From: Candidatus Bathyarchaeota archaeon
Lineage (GTDB): Archaea; Thermoproteota; Bathyarchaeia; Bathyarchaeales; Bathycorpusculaceae
Reading direction: 5' to 3'
Assembly (NCBI GenBank): GCA_026014585.1
Contig: JAOZIA010000002.1
Coordinates: 105,677-169,676, forward strand
Length of the DNA: 64,000 bases
The notes below the pieces were generated by a model, which saw only the letters and a list, made by a program, of their open reading frames with translations, had not been told where the DNA came from and did not search any database. Position 1 is the stretch's first letter, and every line of letters begins with the position of its first letter. The translations under genes were made by a program, and so were the position numbers. Below are positions 56,399 through 64,000 of this stretch, piece by piece.

Positions 56399-57851
56399 GT
56401 TTCTCGCCCTTTAATTGCCGCCCGATTAATTCATCAACAATTTTGACAAATCCATCAACTTTTTCTAAGGGGCACTGTGCGCCTGCTGCGATGTTGTGTC
56501 CTCCGCCTTTGCCTTCGCTTTGTTCGGATGCTAACCGCATGACTTCGCCGAGGTTGACGCCTTTGCGGACTGCTGTATCACTGGTTCGTGAGGAGAATTT
56601 GACTGCGTTTTCTCCTTCTACTTTTGAGTATGCGATGACGGGTTTTTCCGTGTTTGGCAGGCTGTTTACGATGATGGAGCTGACGGTGCCAATGATTTTT
56701 TCGTTGATAAAGTCCTCGCCGTTAATAACGTAGATGTTGCTGAGTTCTTTCATGCGTTCAGGCTTTTCCATAACCCAGCCAAGATACTTGTTGATGCTCT
56801 TGCGGTAATCCTCCAAAATCTTGTTAGCCTCTGATAATGCGGCGGTGCGGTCGCCCATGCAAATTGCAATGCCCAAGCTTGGACGGTCCATGCGTCCTGT
56901 CGAGTTCAAAATAACCGCAAATTCCCTGCCATCACGCAGTGCAGTGTTAGCTTCCTCATGTGTCAGCACGTAAATGTGGCCAATTAGGCTATCAACTTCT
57001 AAGTGCATCTTTTTAGATAGCAGATGGTCTGCAAGAGCTGAGCAGAGCTTTTTTCGTTCTTCATCGTTTAGGTCGCTAAGTGCACGGAATTTTTCGCCCT
57101 GCTTTATGGGAATGTTTAGGCTCACCATAAACGCTAAGGCTTTGTCTTCCTCACCGCTCAAGCCTGGAATGAACGGGTTAGTTGTGGTAGCAAGCATCTT
57201 GTGAATTGCCCGTGTTTCTCTGCCAAAAAACGTTAAGTCCTTAACCACCTTAACCAAACCCGCCGCAACCGCATCATCCACAATCAGCTCGTTTAAGCCA
57301 CCAAGGGCACGCTGGTCATAATGATCCTGCATATCACCCAATGCACCAATTAACGCGATTGGTGCTAAATCCACGTTTGAATGATTCATAGCCTTAGCAA
57401 CAAAATATGCAACACCCGAACCGCTAACTTCTGTGGCGCCATCAATTCCGTAAACGTGCGGGTTAACTTGTACATGGTTTGGATTGGTTAGTGTTCTTGC
57501 GATTTGGTGGTGGTCAAGTATTGTGATTTTGGTGTTGGGAATTTTTTGGTTAAGAAGGTCAAGATAGCCGCTGCCAAAATCAGTGAAAATAACCAGTTGA
57601 GGTTTGTCCGCTACGATTTCGCCGACAATTTTCTCATCTACCCACTGAGTGATGCGAATACGAAAACGCGCGCCCAGTCTAAAGAGTGCTTTACCGATTA
57701 CTCCTGCTGCTGCAATACCATCAGCATCCAAATGTGAAAACACGTGGATAAAGCCGTCTTTGGCAACGGTTTCGGTGATGACTTTTGCGGCTACTTGAGC
57801 GGATTTTTGGAATTGCTCGATTTGTTCTTGTTTAATTGGCATGCGGCTCAC
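56376..57851 (-). CDS. RecJ-like DHH-family phosphoesterase/exonuclease (archaeal RecJ/GAN/Cdc45 homolog)
   Basis: 491 aa. DHH motifs VFSHLDADGIAA, TDFG, LDHHQ. DHHA1-like GGGHNIAAG near the C-terminus. Adjacent to uS15, as in many archaea. Confidence 0.8.
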   Translation of the reverse strand: MSRMPIKQEQIEQFQKSAQVAAKVITETVAKDGFIHVFSHLDADGIAAAGVIGKALFRLGARFRIRITQWVDEKIVGEIVADKPQLVIFTDFGSGYLDLLNQKIPNTKITILDHHQIARTLTNPNHVQVNPHVYGIDGATEVSGSGVAYFVAKAMNHSNVDLAPIALIGALGDMQDHYDQRALGGLNELIVDDAVAAGLVKVVKDLTFFGRETRAIHKMLATTTNPFIPGLSGEEDKALAFMVSLNIPIKQGEKFRALSDLNDEERKKLCSALADHLLSKKMHLEVDSLIGHIYVLTHEEANTALRDGREFAVILNSTGRMDRPSLGIAICMGDRTAALSEANKILEDYRKSINKYLGWVMEKPERMKELSNIYVINGEDFINEKIIGTVSSIIVNSLPNTEKPVIAYSKVEGENAVKFSSRTSDTAVRKGVNLGEVMRLASEQSEGKGGGHNIAAGAQCPLEKVDGFVKIVDELIGRQLKGEKLGSQNSA

Positions 57852-57942
57852 TTTGGAACATAAAAGACGGTTTGTTTAGATTTAAAGCTCACGTATTAAG
57901 ACACAGAAAGCAAAAGGGATTAAACCGAAAGAAAAGGATGGT

Positions 57943-58383
57943 TTAGAAGATTGAAGCGATTTTTGCTTCGTACTTCCAGTTCTTTGCGACCACGCCTTCA
58001 CGTTTGTAGTAGCGTGAAAGTTTGTGGATTCTTGCCTCGATAACTTGCATGTTGCGTTTGTTGTGGAGGTCTTTTTTGTTTTTCTCCATGTGAACTGCAA
58101 GACCGTTGGCTTTTTTCACCAAGTTGGCAAGGTCTTCGGGCATTGATGGCTCAAGACCTGCTGCTTCAAGAATCTCACTTACGCTTTTGCCCACTATGGG
58201 TTTAACCAGTGGGATTGCGTATTGGTCTCGTAAGACTGTACCTATGCTACTCATTGAGTGCCCTTCTTTAGCAAGACGAATAACAAAAGCTTCAACCTCT
58301 TCAGGCTGGTACTTGCACCAGCTTGGGGGTCTGCGGCTTACTGGTCTTGTTGAATGTGATTTTCCTTTTTCCTGTTTTGGCAT
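57943..58383 (-). CDS. rps15: Ribosomal protein uS15 (S13e type)
   Basis: 146 aa. HSTRPVSRRPPSW N-terminus and C-terminal S15 helix HNKRNMQVIEARIHKLSRYY. Confidence 0.9.
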   Translation of the reverse strand: MPKQEKGKSHSTRPVSRRPPSWCKYQPEEVEAFVIRLAKEGHSMSSIGTVLRDQYAIPLVKPIVGKSVSEILEAAGLEPSMPEDLANLVKKANGLAVHMEKNKKDLHNKRNMQVIEARIHKLSRYYKREGVVAKNWKYEAKIASIF

Positions 58384-58608
58384 CTTTACACCTTAAACTC
58401 TGCAATAACCACTAAAGACAAATATTTTAATCTAGTGCTTACTTCAGCCAAAAACATGTTTGTAACATCACTTTAGCGTACAATTATCAGTGAAACAGCG
58501 TGTTGAATTGTTTAATTAATGCAATCGAGCAACCGCTTATTTGAAAAAATCTATAAATCATCCAGCCCCCATTTTTCGCTGGGTCTCTAGAAGAGAGAGG
58601 GAATAAAC

Positions 58609-59031
58609 GTGCAGAAGAGGGGGTTCCAACTTTTACTGCTAACCATAACCGCAGCCTTTATGGTTTGTACTTTGCTGATTAGCAGTTTATGTATGGGTGC
58701 CCCTGCAATTCAAGATGTAACCATAACAATAGACGGAGATAGCACCTTATACAGCAGTAGTGATTCTTCAATTCCGCTTCGCTGGGGCAACGTTGATTTT
58801 GGTTGCAACACCAAAACAGTCACAATAACCAACAATGCAGAATCAGACCTCCACATAAACATGGCTGTTTCAGAGTTGCCCTCTGGCTGGACGCTTAATT
58901 TTTCACTTGAAAACAAGGTGTTGCAGGCTGGATCCTCTGCTACTGGAACTTTAACGTTAACTGTGCCTGCAGATGCGTTAGCTGGCAGTTACCATTGGAA
59001 CACAAATATCGCCCTGTGCACCGTGTCGTAG
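58609..59031 (+). CDS. Small secreted/anchored beta-rich protein (hypothetical)
   Basis: 140 aa, GTG start. N-terminal hydrophobic segment LLLLTITAAFMVCTLLISSL. Ser/Thr/Asn-rich beta-sandwich-like remainder. Confidence 0.4.
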   Translation: MQKRGFQLLLLTITAAFMVCTLLISSLCMGAPAIQDVTITIDGDSTLYSSSDSSIPLRWGNVDFGCNTKTVTITNNAESDLHINMAVSELPSGWTLNFSLENKVLQAGSSATGTLTLTVPADALAGSYHWNTNIALCTVS

Positions 59032-59200
59032 CTCTTTGTTTAGCAAAAGATAGAAAAACAAAGCAACCCATAGTTACTGACAGTGAACATGTTTGGCGTT
59101 AAACTGTTACCTCTCCAACAAAACCATCTGGATTGACTCAGCAGGATGGAGCGACCTGCTCTTGGGCGTGGTAGTTTGTGTTCTAAAACCGCCAGACCCC

Positions 59201-59650
59201 ATGTTGCTGGAACGCCGCATTTCAGTGTCGTCTTTTCAATCGCCAAACTTTCAAAGCAAAAAATATCTTTCTGACGCTGTGCGAATCGCAAATGAAATCG
59301 TTTCAGTCATGCAACCCGACAGTGACACATGCATCAAAGTCTGCTCTGAGTATGTGCTCTCAGGCGTGATTGAGCACCTCAAAAACCAAGGTTTTAACGT
59401 GCAAAAAGTCGAATCCACTGGCGAGCTCGCAGTGCAAACTGATAAAGCCTACATTCGCTGGTGCATAGAAAAAGGTGTTCCCGAAGAAATACTGCGTGAC
59501 AAAAAACGCTTCTTTGCCTTTGTTGATTGGGTTGCGGAAGCGCCTCATCTGCGAGAAAGCCTTGTTAAGACAGGCTGGGACAGTTGGGAAGGCAAATGGA
59601 AAGCAGAAGTAGCTCGAATACACCAAGAAAAACGCAAACCCCAAAACTAA
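59201..59650 (+). CDS. Hypothetical cytoplasmic protein
   Basis: The ORF track gives 59093..59650. I prefer the internal ATG 59201 (MLLERR...) because the upstream 36 codons look non-coding. No motif recognised. Confidence 0.35.
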   Translation: MLLERRISVSSFQSPNFQSKKYLSDAVRIANEIVSVMQPDSDTCIKVCSEYVLSGVIEHLKNQGFNVQKVESTGELAVQTDKAYIRWCIEKGVPEEILRDKKRFFAFVDWVAEAPHLRESLVKTGWDSWEGKWKAEVARIHQEKRKPQN

Positions 59651-59678
59651 CCTCAAGGGCACACCCTATTTTTTGGTT

Positions 59679-59750
59679 GGGAAAACCGCTATTAGGGCTC
59701 TACCCCTCTATAGGTTTTCTGCATACTTTGGCTAATAGGCTCCAAATAGG
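59679..59750 (-). repeat. Interspersed intergenic repeat, copy 6
   Basis: Reverse complement reads CCTATTTGGAGCCTATTAGCCAAAGTATGCAGAAAACCTATAGAGGGGTAGAGCCCTAATAGCGGTTTTCCC. Confidence 0.85.
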
Positions 59751-59818
59751 TTTGCGAATTATTCAGAGCTTTAATCGTTTAAGTTTAAAAATAAACAAAT
59801 AAAAAATTGAAGGGATTT

Positions 59819-60994
59819 TTATCGTGTCATCATTTTTTTGAAGACAGGCAATGCGATTGCTATCATGACGATTCCGAAGGCTATGAGGACGACGAGTTCG
59901 GTTGTGATTTGTGGTATGCCTGCGCCCAGCACCATGACTTTGCGTAGTGCGTCTGCTGCGTAAGTTAGCGGTAGGAAGTGGGCGATGGTTTACATGAATG
60001 CGGGCATGTTCTGGATTGGGAAGAACACACCGCTGAGGAACATCATGGGGAACATCAGGGTCATCATGAGCATCTGCGCAGTTTCCTGGTCCTTAGTGAA
60101 GCTGGTTATGACTATACCTAAGCCGACAAAGCTAAACACGCCCAACAACAGCAGCCCGAACACGAGCAGAATGCTGCCGTGGATGGTGACTCCGAAGATG
60201 CCAATCGCTAAGCCCAAGATAATTGCGCCCTGAAGCAGCCCACGTGCGGTTTGTGCTAAGGTTTTGCCCAGCAGAATCGAGAGGCGATTAATTGGTGCGA
60301 CCATCATGCCGTCCATGGTTCCGATTTCTTTTTCCATGCTAATTGCTACGGGTAGACCTGTCATGACGCTCATCATTACGGTCATTGCCATGATGCCTGG
60401 GGCGATGAAGTCAAAGTAGTTGGTGCTGCCTTCGACTACACCTGCAGAGGCTATGTCGTAGGGTTCTACGATGGCGATGTTTGTCGTGTTGAGGTTTGCC
60501 AGTGCAGTTTGGGTACCCATTTCGCTAAAGACACCTGAAAGGACGCCTTGGATGGTTGCGGAAATCTGCGGATTTGACTGGTCAGTCATAATGATTATTG
60601 TACCCTGCTGTCCGCTTAGCATGCTAGCTGTGAAGTTTTCAGGAATTATTATGGCGCCACTTAGGGTGCCTCGCTGAATCTGCTCTTTTACGTCGATTAT
60701 GCTGGAGGCATTTTGCAGGTTCATCAAATCAGCCTGCTGGTTAATGCCTTGCAGCGCGGCTATGAAGGCTTGGCTGGGCAGCGTATTGCCGCCTACGCCT
60801 GAGTCATCATTTACCAGTCCGATGGCTGCATTGTTTAAACTCACGCCGCCTGAGGGATAAATGAATCCGACCATTACCATCATGAACAGGGGCATAACTA
60901 CCAGCAGCACTAAGCCGAGGCGGTTGCGGTAGAGTTCCACGGTGTCTTTCCAAGCGATTCTTAAACTGTGATTTATTACATCTTTTGCTGTCAT
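59819..60994 (-). pseudogene. ABC-2 type exporter permease interrupted by a single in-frame TAA (59990-59992)
   Basis: The ORF ends ...FFPIQNMPAFM-TAA. The next 56 codons in the same frame read TIAHFLPLTYAADALRKVMVLGAGIPQITTELVVLIAFGIVMIAIALPVFKKMMTR, the conserved ABC-2 C-terminus. Confidence 0.7.
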
Positions 60995-60999
60995 CTAAA

Positions 61000-62016
61000 T
61001 TACCTCACTCTTTTTGGCACCATGCCAAACCGTTTGGGGTCAGGGTCATGGATTTTCTGGTTTGCATTATCACGAACCTCATGCCCTGTAATATGCAAAA
61101 ACACGTCTTCCAATGTGGGTTGTAGGTTTTCCATGGAGATGATTTTGCCGCCTTTGCTTCTGACTATGTCAATTATTGAGTTGAAGGCTTCTTCACCATG
61201 CACGATGAGGTGTAGGCGGGTAGCGTTTTCTTGTGTGGCTGCATCCACGCAGGGTAGCGCCTTGATGGATTCTATCATGTCAGGGGAGAGGTTGGCAACT
61301 TCCAGCTTGATTATCATGGTGTCAGAGCCAGAAATGATTTTTTTAAGATTCGTGGATGTGTCTAGTGCGATGATTTTGCCGTGGTCCACAATTGCGATGC
61401 GGTCACAGAGCAAATCCGCGTCAACCATCATGTGCGTGGTTAAAACCACGGTGGTTCCGTTTTCCTGATTCAGCTTCTTTATGAAATCCCGTATCTCCAC
61501 AGATGTTTGAGGATCCAAACCCAGTGTAGGCTCATCAAGAAAGAGCACTTGGGGCATGTTTAGGAGTGCACGGACTACGTTCATGCGTTGGCGCATACCA
61601 GTTGAGAAGGTGTCAACCTGCGCATTTTTCCATTTGGTTAGTTGAACAAGTTCAAGTAAGTCATCTATGCGTTTGTTTAACGCATCTTTGGGAATGTTAA
61701 AGAGACTGCCAAAGAAGTACAGGTTTTCTTTGGCGGTTAGGCGGTTGTAGATTATCATTTTTTCGCTGACGATGCCTATGAGCCGGCGGACGGCGTTGTC
61801 GTTTTTGACGACATCATAGCCGCCGATGGTTGCTGTACCCTTGGTTGGGCGAGCGAGCGTGGCTAGAACACGCAGTGTGGTGCTTTTTCCTGCACCGTTG
61901 GGACCTAGTAAACCAAATATTTCGCCTTTTTTGACGTTAAAGCTTATGTCGTCTACTGCGGTGAATTTGCCGAAGGCTTTGGTTAGGTTGTTTACTTCGA
62001 TGATGTTTTGGTCCAA
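61000..62016 (-). CDS. ABC transporter ATP-binding protein (ABC-2/CcmA-like, with C-terminal extension domain)
   Basis: Walker A GPNGAGKST, signature STGMRQR, Walker B VLFLDEPT. The TTG start at 62016 (MDQNIIEVNNL) is preferred because the longer ORF would overlap the divergent PadR gene. Confidence 0.85.
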   Translation of the reverse strand: MDQNIIEVNNLTKAFGKFTAVDDISFNVKKGEIFGLLGPNGAGKSTTLRVLATLARPTKGTATIGGYDVVKNDNAVRRLIGIVSEKMIIYNRLTAKENLYFFGSLFNIPKDALNKRIDDLLELVQLTKWKNAQVDTFSTGMRQRMNVVRALLNMPQVLFLDEPTLGLDPQTSVEIRDFIKKLNQENGTTVVLTTHMMVDADLLCDRIAIVDHGKIIALDTSTNLKKIISGSDTMIIKLEVANLSPDMIESIKALPCVDAATQENATRLHLIVHGEEAFNSIIDIVRSKGGKIISMENLQPTLEDVFLHITGHEVRDNANQKIHDPDPKRFGMVPKRVR

Positions 62017-62105
62017 AACGTTGTCACCATTCTTGATATTATTGAACGCAATATATCGCGTTAAAATATAAATATTCCTGTGAACATTTAATTTGACAGA
62101 CCATA

Positions 62106-62675
62106 ATGCAACCAAACAAACAAGACAAAGTAACCGCCAACTGGATGAAAGAAGCCCAAAAAGGCTACATCCGAATCGGCGTCCTCATCCTTCTCAACCG
62201 AAAACCCGCCCACGGCTACGAACTAATGAAAGAAATTAAAGACCGTACCAAAGGATTTTGGAGCCCCACCCCCGGCGGAGTCTACCCCATCCTTGCCAAC
62301 CTTGAAAAAGCCCACTACATCAAAGGCGAATGGAGCACAAAAACGGGTAGAAAAATAAAAATTTACAAAATCACCCAATCAGGTAAACTAATCCTCAAAA
62401 ACGCCCTAGAGAAACAAAGCGAAATCACCAACAACATGTACTCTCTCTTTAAAGAGTTCGCTGTTGACGTTCTCAAGATTGAGCCTGAAGCGTTCACGAT
62501 GCCAACTCATTCCCCGTTTGCAGCGTTTCTTGAAGAAAAAGAAGAAAGAACCTTTCAACAACTGGAAGATGCAAAAAAGCATCTTTTGCAGTCAATAAAA
62601 ATGCAGCAGGAACAACTAAAAGATATTAACAAGAAATTAGCTGAGGCAAGAAAAAACCAGCCTGAAAAAACTTAG
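62106..62675 (+). CDS. PadR-family transcriptional regulator with C-terminal coiled-coil extension
   Basis: 189 aa. IRIGVLILLNRKPAHGYELMKEI...GGVYPILANLEKAHYIKGEW. Divergent from the ABC-2 operon. Confidence 0.75.
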   Translation: MQPNKQDKVTANWMKEAQKGYIRIGVLILLNRKPAHGYELMKEIKDRTKGFWSPTPGGVYPILANLEKAHYIKGEWSTKTGRKIKIYKITQSGKLILKNALEKQSEITNNMYSLFKEFAVDVLKIEPEAFTMPTHSPFAAFLEEKEERTFQQLEDAKKHLLQSIKMQQEQLKDINKKLAEARKNQPEKT

Positions 62676-64000
62676 CTGGATTGCTTGGGTACCAACAGTT
62701 CCGCGTATTCTTCATTAACGACTTTGTGCTTCTCCAGAACTGCCTTGTTCACTCTTATCCAGTCCTCACGTACCATCGGCCAGATTTCTTGGGTCATAAC
62801 AAACTGGGTCACGTAGGGCTTGAGGGTGCTTTCTCGTTTTATTGTGCGTTCGCGCCACTCGATATTGATCAAACCTGTACGGCGTAGATGATGCAGATTC
62901 TGAATTACCTCGTCAGTGTTTATGGGGTAGTTTAGGCTTCGAACCAAATCCTCGATGAGTGAATCAATAGAGATTTCATCTTCTTCGCGTAAACAAACAA
63001 CTGCTACCACATCCTGAACCAGTCGAGCTCGCTTGCTAAGATATAAGCCTCGTTTCTTTGGAACCAAAACCTGCTCTATACGGTAAGCATTATGCTTAAA
63101 GAACCAGTACTTCATGACCTCAGCAAGACCCAGATAAGACACAGTTATTATAATCAAAAACAAGAAGAATTCGAGGGGTGGCTGAACGAACAGGAAGTAT
63201 TGGTCACCTAAGATTGTAAAGGGAATGGCTATGGCTACGGCGATTACGGCTGCGCTGCTTAGAATAAGGTATTTGCTGGGTTTACTCTTCCAGAACGGTG
63301 ATATGCGGGTTCTAATTGCAAATATGACCACTGCCTGTGTTATTAGGGATTCTAAGAACCACGCGGTTTGGAATAGGCGACCGGGTAGGTCAGGGTCAGC
63401 CATCAGCATGACTGAGGGTATAAGCGGCAGGAAAGCAAATATCAAGACAAAAAATGTGATGAAGTCAAATAGTGAACTAACCGGTCCAAGAGTCATCATG
63501 AAGCGTTTTATGTAGCTGATGTCCCAGCGTTTGGGTTTTTCCACATACTCATCATCCACATTATCGGTGGTTATGGTGGATTGGGAAATGTCATAGAGAA
63601 GGTTGTTTAGCAGAATCTGAATTGGCAACATGGGAAAGAAGTTAAAACCCAACAGAGGCAAAATCAAAGAGGCACCTGCAACACTAAACATGTTGCCAAA
63701 GTTTGAGCTTACGCCCATCATAACATACTTCATGGTGTTGCCAAAGGTTTTGCGGCCTTCAAACACACCTTTAGCAAGCACGGTTAAGTCGTTCTTGAGT
63801 AGAATGATGTCAGCGGATTCTTTTGCAACATCCACCGCATTGTTCACGGAGATGCCGACATCGGCGGTTCGCAGTGAGGGTGCATCGTTGATGCCGTCGC
63901 CCATGAAGCCGACCACGTGACCGTTGTTTTTTAGAATTGTGATTATGCGGTCTTTTTGTATTGGGGTGACTCTTGCAAAAACGTTAGATTCTTCGGCAAC
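62672..64000 (-). CDS. MgtA-like (type IIIB) P-type ATPase, C-terminal part with an extra ~135-aa cytosolic tail; N-terminus lies beyond the right edge
   Basis: GDGINDAPSL hinge motif and PMLPIQILLNNLLYD (MgtA-type TM). The frame stays open upstream of the listed Met (VTPIQKDRIITILKNNGHVVGFMGDG) to the window end. Confidence 0.85.
   Translation of the reverse strand, partial: VAEESNVFARVTPIQKDRIITILKNNGHVVGFMGDGINDAPSLRTADVGISVNNAVDVAKESADIILLKNDLTVLAKGVFEGRKTFGNTMKYVMMGVSSNFGNMFSVAGASLILPLLGFNFFPMLPIQILLNNLLYDISQSTITTDNVDDEYVEKPKRWDISYIKRFMMTLGPVSSLFDFITFFVLIFAFLPLIPSVMLMADPDLPGRLFQTAWFLESLITQAVVIFAIRTRISPFWKSKPSKYLILSSAAVIAVAIAIPFTILGDQYFLFVQPPLEFFLFLIIITVSYLGLAEVMKYWFFKHNAYRIEQVLVPKKRGLYLSKRARLVQDVVAVVCLREEDEISIDSLIEDLVRSLNYPINTDEVIQNLHHLRRTGLINIEWRERTIKRESTLKPYVTQFVMTQEIWPMVREDWIRVNKAVLEKHKVVNEEYAELLVPKQSS

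Noticed and set aside
59040-59291. 83-aa minus-strand ORF between the secreted-protein gene and the hypothetical gene
   Set aside because: It overlaps the plus-strand ORF 59093-59650 and has a Cys/Phe/Leu-rich sequence with no motif. Neither reading of 59093-59200 looks convincingly coding.
7117-59750. Interspersed repeat copies as a CRISPR array or C/D-box or H/ACA sRNAs
   Set aside because: The copies are kilobases apart, not in a regular repeat-spacer array, and no cas genes are present. There is no RUGAUGA/CUGA box pair and no ACA box at the right spacing.
59990-59992. Possibility that TAA is recoded as a sense codon genome-wide
   Set aside because: Many well-supported genes in this window terminate at TAA at the expected protein ends, including the PhoU-like gene, ilvE, ilvC, top6A and top6B. 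The ABC-2 case is therefore local.

Overview
Gene-dense archaeal chromosomal segment, almost all housekeeping. Evidence for archaeal origin: topoisomerase VI A/B, Cdc48, aEF-1beta, Pth2, archaeal-type ThrRS and ProRS, the SecE-Spt5-uL11-uL1-uL10 block, uS15 next to a RecJ-like gene, and a tRNA with a non-canonical intron. A TACK/Bathyarchaeia-like lineage is only my inference.

Main blocks:
- 553-5725: split archaeal glutamate synthase operon with its own ferredoxin and FAD oxidoreductase.
- 7187-7965: crcB-DUF190 fluoride module with a candidate fluoride riboswitch.
- 10351-19803: aminoacyl-tRNA synthetases, aminotransferases and tRNA-related genes.
- 23092-27035: a complete-looking archaeal-type mevalonate operon (mvk, UbiD-like, AcnX large and small).
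- 28113-31565: NfnAB/SudAB-like pair translationally coupled to a double-MvhD polyferredoxin.
- 32880-34631: rubredoxin-TPP enzyme fusion.
- 37759-37866 and 41138-41211: two tRNAs.
- 41596-44337: ribosomal protein/Spt5/SecE block.
- 53422-56150: topo VI.
- 59819-62675: ABC-2 exporter with a PadR regulator.
- Right edge: a truncated MgtA-like P-type ATPase.

No rRNA, CRISPR array, transposase or integrase was seen, and I found no convincing multi-gene defence-like system.

The least explained signals are non-coding:
1. An interspersed 50-80 nt intergenic repeat family, six copies plus one degenerate piece, in both orientations, with a possible RNA helix and T-run.
2. Two diverged ~190-bp modules with a hairpin carrying one compensatory change, in a 735-bp ORF-free gap.

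Coding anomalies:
- The conserved top6B ATP-binding N-box lies upstream of the first canonical in-frame start codon.
- The ABC-2 permease has an in-frame TAA.
- tRNA-Thr has an atypical T-loop and sits next to an AT-rich Mrr_N-nuclease islet.

All calls rest on reading the ORF translations and the DNA by eye. No database search was run.
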